Source of the DNA: Nymphaea colorata
Taxonomy: Eukaryota
Assembly: GCF_008831285.2 (NCBI RefSeq)
Contig: NC_045138.2
Span: 21,948,001 to 22,012,000 of the forward strand
Length of the DNA: 64,000 nt
Reading direction: 5' to 3'
Part shown: positions 25,016 to 36,954 of the stretch, in pieces
How the letters are laid out: each line of letters starts with the position of its first letter
Numbering within the stretch: the first letter of the stretch is position 1
Program-made: the position numbers and the translations under genes
Notes under the pieces: model-generated
Seen by the model: the letters and a program-made list of their open reading frames with translations, nothing else
The model's database searches: none
Told to the model about the DNA's origin: nothing

Positions 25016-28000
25016 CCACAGACAGACACAAACACACGGAAGTTTTTCTTGAAATTTTGGATGGTCTGATCTGTTACGTAATTGCATGTTTGGTGATCCT
25101 CTGCGTTTGCTGATGTTGGTGGCGTTGTTCTTTGAATGTTTAGAGACAGTTTGAGGCATTTGGTCTGTTGTTCGTAGTGTTCTGTAGGAATTCCAGCTTG
25201 ATGTTCTTATTATGTCACCAACTTCCATTGATCATGAGCTTTTCGTGGCTTTCTAATTGTGGCGTTCCTATTGCTTGATAATGAATGAGATATTGGGGCA
25301 TCGATTTGTTGGTCGCTTTGTCCTTCCATTAGATTGAGCTTGCTCTTTGTTTGCGTGGATTTCTCTTCGTGCTGATATTACTATTTCAGGTTCTCATATG
25401 TTGATTCGCTCCTTTTTGTTGAATTAATAGAATAATTGGAGGTTACCCTTCTTTTGTGTGAGAATTCCTGTATATTTTGGTATTTCTGAATTTTCTCGGT
25501 CTGATGCAGTTACTATAACCATTTCTTTTATTCTATTTTTTCCTCTTCATGTGCAGAGAAGGAGTTTAGAATAGTCGAGAAGTTTATTTTCTGTTAGAGA
25601 ACTTGGTATTTTGTTTTTCCTCCCTTATGTCGGAATTAACTGAGCGTCCCTTTGATGATTTATCCAACCGTGTGAAGTTTCAATGTGGCTTTTTCTTATG
25701 CTATTACTATATGTTTGGTGTGTTTCTTATCTTACCCTCCCATTAACCCCTTCCTCACCTTTGCCCACGAAGCCCCCCCCCCCCCCCCCCCCCCCCTTCA
25801 AAAAAAGAGTACGAGCATGGGTTTGGTTGTGAGTATGTGCATGCAGATGAGGTGCTCACATGGCTACTGTTCGATCTTTCTTTGGAAGGGAGCTGAAAAA
25901 AATTCTCCTTTAGGTCAGCACAAAGTCATATTGCTGCTAATCTAAATTCCAGTCATTGTCAAACAGTCATGTTTGTTCATTCCAACATAACCATCTTGTC
26001 ACTGAAATGAGTTTCAAACTTTTAGTCAGCAATTTATACTGTTATAATGGTAAAGAATGACAAGTAGTTACCTGTAATCCAATAGCTATTTGTGAGCCAA
26101 AGAAGAAACCAGAAACAAGAGCAATGCAGGTCTAATGTGTTAAATGGATATTTAGAGAACAGGTAACAAGAAAAACTGTAAAAGTTCCAAACGTCAAGTA
26201 CTATTTGATCAAGTAATAACAATGTAACGGGAGAATATGCAATGAAATACTATGAATTGTTACTTTTATTTAACCAGCAGAAATTTGCATATAATATGAT
26301 GAAAGAAAATATTTCATCAAGTACAGGGTCTTCTTTTTTCATGATTGAAAATTATAGTTTGGATTTCCTCAGTGCATCAGTCATTTGTAGATGTCTCATT
26401 ATCCTCTACACTTTGTGAAGTATATGCTTGTTTTTTGGGGTTAATTTAGACACCGTGGGCCCCATAAGAACCAGGAAATATGAGGTTCTATTTTGTAATA
26501 AATCATGCATAAGAAATAACAATGAACCACTTTTTTATTTCTCCGTTTGCATCATCATCAGCATACTGGATGTACAGGAGTCAAGCCTCGACACACTCAA
26601 CACTTTCTATTCAACATTCAAAAGGAAAGCACATAACGATTATCAATGACAAAATCCTTATGTCCTTTAGTTCCAGAATGTACAAATACAACTTATGAAC
26701 TCATGGCTCCTGTTGTGCTGTATCTAGGCTAACGAAGGGCCTAGCTGATCATTTTATGAACTTAAACCTATGTGATTGCGTAATAGAGCTCTATTTTTGA
26801 TGTTTAGAACTTTAGATGGCTTGTTATTGCCAACTTCCTTAATATCTCCTCGGCTCCTCGCATTTTGACATCCTTGTGTTTCTTGCCTTTTGTTTTGCAT
26901 TCTTATGTTTCTACTGTTTTTTTCTACCAAACAGACCAATCTTTCCCCTTTTTCTTGTACATTTTTTATCGGATCATCTTTCCTTTATGACATGAAAAAG
27001 CATCCTATTTTCACTGGAACTCAGTTCTTGATATTGCCTTGTTCCTTTCTTTAATCTTATAAGATGCTTCATCAGCTTGCGTAAATGTCCTGATGTCATG
27101 ACTAGAGATTTCAATCAAGCAATTCTTAATTAGAAATGTGATTTGTCACCTCCAATAAAAGCCTGTATAGACACATATATGTTAAAAGCTGGAATTAGCA
27201 AATGCTGTCCAAGATGTCTGACCTTTGTTTCTTTGATATAAGAGGTTGCAATGAATCAACTAGTTCTTCTTTGTGTGGAGTATGTCTGCAAGTAGTTCTG
27301 TATATGATTGTCGTCCATCTTAGTGTTAATCTCCTATGTTTTGCAGTCATTTCCACCTAATGCAGTGAAAACATCATAAAGTCAAGCAAGCTCAGTGCAA
27401 TAGCTGAAAGAAAATAAATAGCTTTGAAGTTTGAACACCGGAAGATTTTTAAGAAATTACTTGTCATCTTCAAAATAAACTATGAATTAGTGCACTGTAA
27501 ATGTGGGCTGAGCCAGGAAACGCTACAGCTCTTTCCATATTAACTGGTGCCTAGAAAAGGCATATTTATTGCACCAGTCCTTGACATACTTTCTTTAACC
27601 TTGCTGTTTAACATAGCCCCGTGAATATCCTGTTTTCTCACATCAGGCGAGCTGGGTTAGTCTGGAAGTTTATAGCAGATTACATTTTCCATATTTTAGT
27701 TTTTCACCGGGCAAAATCCTACAATTTATTCGTAGAGTTTTATTGCTAAGCACATCTATAGAAAGTTGCTGTAATAGGCTAAGTTCCAGTTTGAGGTCCC
27801 AATATGCCCCTTAAATTAAAGATTTTGCTGATATAGTTGCAAAATTATGTAATGTGGTCCATTTCAACATATTGGCTTCGCTTGAAAGTTAGGTTTTATT
27901 TATTTATCTGAATATACACTAGTGTGGAACATATGCAACCATTGATGACTCAAAATTGCAGTTATGTTTTTGCCACATAGGCATGGATGCTTGGTGTGCA

Positions 28001-28069
28001 TGCAGGTGTGGGACCGTGGGTGCATGTACAGCACTTTTCAAGAAAAGATAGGTGCAACCGTGCAAGTAT

Positions 28070-28133
<64 letters not shown>

Positions 28134-28304
28134 ATTGTCACTTTGCCTATCCAGAGTCACCCATCTCACTCATGAGGGCCAGCCGATCCATCATGATAGA
28201 CGGTTGAAAAAAAAGGAGAAAAATGTATGAACTCATACTAGATAACAAAAATGTCAATCATCTTTACTCATTGTTTTTCTCTCAACCATGAGCTGCACAT
28301 TCAC

Positions 28305-28350
<46 letters not shown>

Positions 28351-28848
28351 AACAAACAAGAAAACTAATAAGTAACAATTAATAAGATACTATTCGAGCA
28401 ATGACATGACAGAAATAGAAAGGGAAATGGTTCACTACCAGAGTTGTGTTGACTAGGGAACAACAACTCTTTTGAAGAGTCTATGTTACTTGGCGCTTAT
28501 TTCCATCAGCTCGTAAAATAACGTCTTCTTGTTTGTTCTTCATGTCATGTAACTCTTTCTTTTTTTCTTCTTAGCTAAGCTTGAGAAACCCTTCAGTGAA
28601 GCTCAGACTGAAAAACCCATGTTTGGAGAGGTGTGGCTCTAAGCTAGCACATTAATCTGGGATTCAGAGCTTATCTGTTCTCATTAATGAATTATTTAGG
28701 TCGAACTGTGAATGTGTAGGCACTTAATGAGTTCATTTTATCCAAAGTTGTATAGCTAAAATAAACTTGTACATCTCAAGAAGCTAGGGTTTGTTAGTGC
28801 AGATTATTTAACTTCTATCTTTTGCAGAGCAAATATTTTAGCTGAAGG

Positions 28849-29252
28849 ATGACTACCTTAGATGTAAGTAGAGCAGAACTTGCTCTCCTAGTTGCATATC
28901 TGAACAAAGCTGAAGCAAGGGATAAGATATGTCGTGCTATACAATATGGATCAAAATTTGTAAGCAATGGTGAACCAGGAACTGCTCAAAATGTTGACAA
29001 GTCAACTAGCTTGGCACGTAAGGTGTTTCGACTCTTTAAGGTTGGTTTACCATCACCTATCCAGTTGAGGGGATCTTATTGGATATTGTTTTATGACACT
29101 ATTTGATTTGTCCTTTACCTAAAAATTGCAGTTTGTCAATGATCTGCATGCTCTTATTAGCCCATCACCTCGAGGAACTCCCCTTTCACTAATTTTACTT
29201 GGGAAGGTATGAATTTCCTGGTTGGTGGAATTTGTTATACATGCATACATAC

Positions 29253-29294
<42 letters not shown>

Positions 29295-29339
29295 GTATGT
29301 ATGTATGTATGTATATATATTTGTGTGTGTGTGTGTGTC

Positions 29340-29381
<42 letters not shown>

Positions 29382-30215
29382 TCTGTCTTGTTAAATGATA
29401 TCTATTGCAGTCCAAAAATGCGTTGCTGTCAACCTTCTTGCTTCTAGACCAAGTTGTCTGGCTGGGAAGAACAGGCATCTACAAGGTTGGAATTTTATTA
29501 GCCTTCTCTTTCCTCTTGAATCTACGGTGAGGAAACAGTTTGACAGTTTATACTCTTCTTCTGATAGAACAAAGAAAGGGCAGAGTTGATCGGGAGGATT
29601 TCCCTCTTTTGTTGGTTGGGTTCCAATATCTGTAGTACGATAATTGAGGTTTGTGATCTTTAAACTTGTGAAAATTGTGTAGTTTTTGCATAATCCTACT
29701 GACAAAGTTGGCATACCGCAATATCATCAAGAAAGCTGTTCCGTTTTTATGTCTTTAGCTTGCAGAACTTGGGAGGTTATCGGCTTCCATGAAAAAGTTG
29801 GAGAAAACTCTCAAAGAAAATGATAAGAGTAAAGTAAGTTCACGTTTGCACTAAGTTAGTGTAGTGGTTCTCCACTTTTTGGAGTTTGTTTATCCTTTTC
29901 AACGTCTTATATGCAGAATGAGCAATACCTTGAGAAGGCCAAAAAATCAAAGGAGAGGTCTTTAGCTCTGGTGAAAGCTTCTATTGATATAGTAGTTGCA
30001 GTTGGTCTGCTTCAGCTAGCACCAGGGAAAGTCACTCCTCGGGTAACTGGAGGCTTTGGATTCGTCAGTTCCCTCATCTCGTGCTACCAGGTGATTTTAG
30101 CTACCAAAGGAAGCGATATTTTCATGTTGAATCGTAGTTTGTGCAATAATGTTGAGGACATCATACTTGTTTTTTACAGTTGCTTCCCTCGCGAGAAAAG
30201 GGCAAGCCATCGTGA
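28849..30215 (+). CDS. PEX11: Peroxisomal membrane protein 11 (PEX11c/d/e class), about 235 aa, 7 coding exons
   Basis: Exons 28849-29040, 29132-29206, 29411-29485, 29568-29648, 29759-29833, 29917-30090, 30180-30215 (708 nt, all phase 0, GT-AG). Motifs YLNKAEARDKICRAIQYGSKF, KSTSLARKVFRLFKFVNDLHAL, VTPRVTGGFGFVSSLISCYQ. C-terminal KGKPS fits the KxKxx motif. 5'UTR acceptor at 28826-28827. Confidence 0.96.
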
Positions 30216-32221
30216 AGGTGGAAGGTGATGTTTTGCATGGAGCGTTCACGATTTCCAAGGGATGTGGATGGAATCTCCAGGGTCATGTAGATTAAGATGC
30301 ATGGACCGCATGGCTTTGTGAACTCAGCTGCATAAATGCCTCTGTCTTGACCGTTAGCGTATAAAAAGATTGAGATTGCTCCTCTATGTTAGTTTTAAAC
30401 TGTATGGTCAAAATGAGCTGATTTAAACATAAATAGAGGAAACTTGAGATACCCTTTGATATCTCATCCTTGTACATGCTGATTTTTATGCGCGGTTTTT
30501 TGACGTGAGGTTTCCAGAGAGCCTTATGAAAAATCAAGGATTTGGATTCGGGATTTCCAAGGCTGTCTTTTTCCTGAAAGTTCCATAACGAAGAAGATCC
30601 TGTTATTCCCTGCTTTTCAATCATCGGAATCCCTGTAGATTAGCTACCATTTGGTTTCGAAGTCCATGTTTTGCAGCTTTTAGCCAAGCCCCAAGTCTTA
30701 CCGAGCATTTGACGTCTAAATGGACCTGTATGCTAGGAAGCTTCTTTCCAAGAGGCATCAAATGACCATGGATTGATCTGTTACAGACAATGGGATTACC
30801 ATGACCATTCACAAGAAGTAAATCTTGCTTTGCCCCTTTGTTTCTAGGGGGTTTTGTGGATTGTGGTTTCACTTTGTTGTGGGCTGTAGGTTGAGGAACT
30901 TGCTCGGATGGTCTTTATGGTTCTCATGGGGTTCGTATGACGCAGCATCGAAGAATGATACATAGGACCGATATGCATCTCACAAGTTTATTTACACGAA
31001 CTGCAAGGCAATGCTGTGAATCTTCATTTCTGTTTTGTATCGGAAAACCTCGAAGACCGACGCATATTGCGCATACCCATTCGTCAGTATCGACTTTAAA
31101 AGCTTAGATTAATTTTACTAACGTAACAGCCGATAAACAGCCTCATCAGTCGATATACGGCGGCTAATTCGGCCTTATATCAGCCGATTCTTTGAGATGA
31201 GCAACCGGCGATGCATGGGTCTGCGTGAATATGAAATTTAAGGGGCAACGTGGACTTCACTTTATTGGCACCGACGAGTAGATGCGTCGGCTTCAGAAAC
31301 TTGGGGTTGTAATCACTGTGGATGGAGGGGGCGGTTGCACTATTGGGTGGTTTCCTTTGGCTTTGGCGTAAGAAATCAGGCGACGAAGAAAGTGGGCGCT
31401 TGCCGGACGCTTTTCGACTCCCAGAAAAGACACAGTGGGGCTGCTGCTGATATTTGCCTTCTTTTCCATTAAAACGACCTCCTTGAAGCATTGAAGTCAT
31501 CACAATTCTACCACACGAGCACATCAGCCATGCAGCAGCATCAACTCGTGCATCGCTTTTTCTACCTTACCTGCAAGAAAGCAAGAGTTCGCAGAGCGTT
31601 GTTCAATTTGACCTTCTGTGTTAAGATTCAGTGATCAGCTGCATTGTCAAGCTAGTCATCTTCATCCCCTGATTGAATCGTTTCAGGACCCAAATCGGGG
31701 ACGGACTCCAACTTTATGAACACGCTATGCATCTAGATTTCATGGTAAACAACAAACTTTTACAATCCAAACATGCCTTAGATACCTCGCATCTGCTCAG
31801 CGCAGTGGTTTTCCATTAGTTGGCGTTGCTCCCTGGCAGTTGATGAATGTCATACGATGGCTACTTAATGTGAAAAGTTGTTGGTTCTGCTTCTGAAGAA
31901 AAACAAGAAGTATCCTCAGCGAGTTAACGCCCGCTAGAATGAAAAGGTCAATATGTGACAGAAATACAGACAAAATATGTTTTTTTTTTTACTCAGATCA
32001 GATGATGAAATATTAAAATAATTAAAATGTGCTTAATTTTGCTCCCCTCAGCTCATCCTGATTTTTAAATTGAAAAGAGAAAACATAGGCGTAGGACCTG
32101 GCTGGTGCGAGTCCTCCAACTTGAAGAACGTCAAAAAGTTTAAATACTTGCTGCTTGACTTTGTGGCCATAAATAATCTGATAGCTTGCTTGGGACGAGA
32201 AGAAAGAAAAGAAGAAAGTTC

Positions 32222-32392
32222 AGGACGACGCAACCAGAGGAAAGGAGAAAGGAGGGAGTGGGAGAGGTCGGGGGTGCGGCGACGACAGTGGAATCCGATT
32301 GTAAAGCGGAGTAATCGGCTCCGACTGTTACCCTTTTTTTCTGTGGCGGAAGAAAAGTGTGATTGTCGCTAATTCGCAGCCCGACCGTTCCG
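32222..32392 (+). repeat. Duplicate of the NAC-gene proximal upstream sequence (38382-38553)
   Basis: GGACGACGCAACC.GAGGAA...GGCGACGACAGTGGAATCCGAT...GAGTAATCGGCTCCGACTGTTACCCTT...TAATTCGCAGCC.GACCGTTCCGG is present at both sites. Confidence 0.9.
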
Positions 32393-32803
32393 GACTTTCC
32401 CAGCTTCCGAACTCACATAGTTAACTGCATAAACCAAACTGGATTTAGGTCCTGGTCTATCTAAGTTTTGGTGAAATGAGTCTATAAGCATTCTTTTGCA
32501 AATAATCAAAATTAAAGAGGTAGCAAAAAGGATTTCTCTAAATTATAATTTTCAAATGAAAGAAAAGATCCCTAGTCCATCATTACCCCCATCTTTCCTC
32601 TCCAACTGGCTCCTCTATCCGATCCGATAGATTCAGATACGGATTTAGCTTGGATTCATTTCAGTATCTAATGCTATTAAATTTTACAAATTCGTAAAAT
32701 TCGGATTCGAATAGAATCTAAATTTGAAATCGAATATGTGAATATCTGGAAAAGCAGATATGATTGAAGGTATATCTAATAATCCTATCGGTTAATATCC
32801 CTA

Positions 32804-32872
<69 letters not shown>

Positions 32873-33643
32873 AGGTTCCGGTTTTTCTTATCAAACAGGT
32901 AGTGGTGACTGGTGAGAGAAGGTATAGTATTGCTTGCTTTGTGGTCCTAAAAATGAATGCAATGGTCGCTACCTCTCCATCTTGAAGATCAATCGATGTG
33001 GCTGTTGAAGAGCCCATTGAAAGGAAGAACTAAATCAAACCATTCTATAAAAGCACTTCATATTTCGTCCGACCAAAACCGTTGCTAATTCACCTACGAT
33101 GACCGCTTACAATGGCAGATCTAAAAAAAAGAAAAATTCATCCGTCAGCATGGACAGCCGACATATTTCAATTTTCCTATATTTTATAGTGCTTCATATC
33201 TTAGCAACACAATGCATTATTGCACTGGCAGGTTTATAGCCCCCATTAAGATTGCTCTGGAGCGAAACTTTTTATATTAGATTCTTACATTATTCATCAT
33301 CGAATTGAAGTATTTTCCAATATTTTAAGTTGTCTCGTAAATTTAACGATAGGAATTGATGCGAAATTTACAAAAAAAAGGGATATCAACAACATATCGA
33401 AGAAACATGATATCTAGAAAGAATTTTATAAGCCAAGAAAGCTAAGATGGTTAATTCTTGAAATTGATCAAAAACTAATTTAAACAACGTATTTTGTGTT
33501 TTTCAATCAAAATAAAAATATTTGGAATCCATATGCATAGTTGGATTTGCGAATACGAACAACTTTTTTTCTCAAATAAAGGCATTGTCCTTGTAACGTC
33601 GGCTATTCAGCAACATCTTATTTATCCGATTTTGTGTGTATAT

Positions 33644-33674
<31 letters not shown>

Positions 33675-33881
33675 TTGCTGAATGAATTCAAAAAGAAAAA
33701 GATAAAATTATGCTCACCTATATCGGAACTGGTGCTCTAATAAGAAGCCTTAACAACACTGGAACACTGCAGTAAATCACAGATCAGTTCTTGAAGCCGT
33801 GAGGCACGTCAAACAAAATAAGTTATTTTTTCTTTGGAAAAATAAAATTTTTACATGGGTATATTGTAACTCTAGACACCT

Positions 33882-34161
33882 AAAGGCTGGGCATTGGGTC
33901 GGGCCGCTGCGGCCACCAGGAACCCCGTCCAACTCGGACTCAGGCCCAAGAAAAAGGGTACCGACTATGCCCGATAAATTTTTCAATATTTATTTTATTA
34001 ATTTATATATATAATTATAATATTTTATTACGATTAACTATATGCATATATTATTTTATATTAAAAATATATATTTTTAATTTAATCAACCGGCTCAGGT
34101 TTTAATTGTGGGGTCGAGCCCAATTACTTATCGAGCCGGGCCAACTGGATGCCCAAGCTTA
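33882..34161. mobile_element. hAT-like MITE (GGGTCGGGCC family); decayed homologous copy at about 21245-21503
   Basis: AGGCTGGGCATTGGGTCGGGCCG ... GATGCCCAAGCTTA termini, the same as in the 61849 element. Confidence 0.65.
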
Positions 34162-34449
34162 CTGACAGGTAGCATAGAATTCCTCGGGCAGGGGAATGGA
34201 GAGACTTCAGCCTGCGGTGGGTTGTCAATTGTGATGGGTTGTTAACTTACTTCTTACTCATAAATCCAGAGCAAATTGGCTTCTACATGGAGACAAGTAG
34301 ATGCCAAGAGCGCCTCCATTTTCCAAGTAATGTTAACAATAATCAGACGAAGAAGAGACGTCAGCTATGGAGATCATTGGTACTTTACTAAGAAGGGTTG
34401 GAGCCCATACATAACGCACGTAAAGATTATTTTCTTAGTTTTTTCATAG

Positions 34450-35900
34450 ACGAAAGAGATGATTGTGTCAATATGGATGATCTGATTGTTGCCCACTCAT
34501 AAATAATGAAGAAAATGATGCCCTGTTGAGGCCAATTTACCGATTATGAGGTCAAACCAATCATGTTTAGTATGAAAGCAGAGAAGGCATTAGGCTCAGA
34601 CAGATTTTCTGCTGAATTTTACCAAAAATTTTAGAGCATCATCTGTGGAGATGCTGCAGAGGCTGTCAAAGACTATTTTAGATATGGTACACGGCTGATT
34701 CATTCAATGTCAGATCCTCCTTGTCCACGAGCAGGAAATTAGTCTCAATAATCACAAAGTTGATCAGTCATTGCTTCTAAAAGTTGATATTTTCAAAGCA
34801 GATGACAAAGTAACGTGGCGGTTTGGAATATTGGCTTTCTGATTTCAGTTTTAGTGATGCTTGGGTATGCAGAATTATGACTTGTGTTACAGCTAGTTCT
34901 TTGCTTTGGTCATCATTGGTAGACAGGGATCTTTCTTTGCAACCAACAGGGGACTACGAGAAGGTGATCCAATGTCCCCTTTGCTTTTCATTCTTTGAGA
35001 TCCTCTCTAGAAGATTAAGATAGGAAACGCAAGCGAACATAATTTTTGGTGGAGAACTGTAGTTGGGGTGTTCTTGCTTGGTTGGAGACACTGATGCAAA
35101 TTTCTGCAACAAATTGTTCACTTACACCATCTACCATTTACAATGTCACTTCCCCTTGGATTAGATCTGTCATTATGGTATTGAGCTTAACTCTGATTAT
35201 TAGTCTTTTGTGGGGCAACACTCGTGTTCTCATGATGAAAAGGATGGATATTGTCATAGAGTGCATGAAACTGCAGGTAGGGATGACTCTATCTTGAAGT
35301 CTAAATCCATTCCTAAAGCAAAGTGGTATACACTTCTAGCCATTTCTAGCAATGCAAGGGAAACTTATCACCCTTGACATGCTCCAAAGCTGAGGTATCC
35401 AACTGCCCAACAGATGTAGAGTCTGTAAAGACCAAAGTGGATAGCGAATCAATTAGCCATCTCTTTCTTCATTTGCCAGTGGCCAAAATGCTTTGGCAAA
35501 TGGTAGAAATCAGTTTTGACCACACTGTGCAGTTGAAATTCTGTATCAGAGAACAGGGAGATGGGGGAAAAGTCAGAAATTTAAAGCTCCTTAGCTTAAA
35601 AAGTTCTGGTTAGCTACTTTTCGGATGGTCATTTGGTATCGATGGCGGTACAGAAATGCTTTACTTCATGTCACTTTTATTAATTTTACTTACCAATCTT
35701 TGGGCCAGTTTGTGGGCAGATCTAACCACTTTATTTTCTAAGCATCATTGGGGAGTGAAGACGAACAAAGAGATAATCCTTTGGATACACACTTATATTC
35801 GGGCGAATACTCGCAGAGGCTCCCTGTTATGGTCAGAGCTAGTGAACATGATGTTCGTTATGGGTTCCTATAAGAAGGCATCTTCAAGCTGAAGACTTAC
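34450..35900 (+). mobile_element. Degenerate L1-type LINE ORF2 remnant (copy B)
   Basis: Duplicate of 21840-23360 with extra segments. Same AEFYQKF and GDPMSP motifs. Confidence 0.85.
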
Positions 35901-36729
35901 CAACTACTTATTCCTTCTCTTTAATCAGCTTTCAGGTAACATATTTCTGGTTTACGGTCATGTAAACGGAGGAAAACTATCAGAAGGGAGTGCTACATGA
36001 CCAGTCTACATGTTTTTGGTGTCACAATTTTCTGCCCAAATGGAATAAGGTTATTTTTTTATGTACTGTAATCCTGATAGTCTTATTTTGGAACTATTTT
36101 GTCAATAAATTTCTTTCAATTATGTTAGTGAATAGGGCATCCTTCTCTTCCTCTATTGATATGTCTGAGATGACAAACTGCCCTTTTCTTTGTGACGTGA
36201 TTTTTTGTACAGGCTCTTCAATTTATATGTATTTTTTCAATAATATTAGGGAGGATACCTCCCAGCAGGGTTGCATCGGATAGAGATTATTTGCTTCCCA
36301 AGGAATATAAGAGAAAAGACTGTTGCTTTGGAGTGACAAAGAGTTTCTAAAAGTTGTTAATAGTAATTCTGATGGCAATTGGTAATGCTGTTTTTAAACA
36401 CGCAAGAATGGATGGCGGGTCAGAATGAGACAAGAATCCACTGCTTCCAGATAGGTGGTTAGGCGACTGCTGCTATGACAAATGTTTTTTTTTTGCATTA
36501 TTCTTACTGTTTAAAATGTATAGTTCTTTCATATAGTAAATTATGGGCAAAAGGTTGAATTTGTTTAGAAACTTTGGTAAAACCAAACCAAAATGAAAGT
36601 GATTGAACAAAGTTTTGAAAGGAAGAAATTGAAACAATAAAGTTGAATTTGAAAAGTAAACGTTGGAATCTGCAACCAACAATCCTTTTTGTGCTTAATA
36701 GGTTCTAATCACGCCTTTTCATAATCCTT

Positions 36730-36897
36730 CAATAAAATCAATCAATTTCTATCTTTCTCTATCCCTCACATGTTCAAAGCTAAATAATTACATGGAAATA
36801 TAAATCAATCATTCAATAAAATCAATCAATTTCTATCTTTCTCTATCCCTCACATGTTCAAATCTAAATGAAGTACATGGAAATACAAAGCAATCAA
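36730..36897 (+). repeat. Tandem duplication of about 84 bp
   Basis: AATAAAATCAATCAATTTCTATCTTTCTCTATCCCTCACATGTTCAAA..TAAAT..TACATGGAAATA occurs twice. Confidence 0.85.
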
Positions 36898-36954
36898 ACA
36901 AAGGATCTAATAGTTTATTTCTCGGCGAATATTTTACCTTAGAGCTATTCCTTC

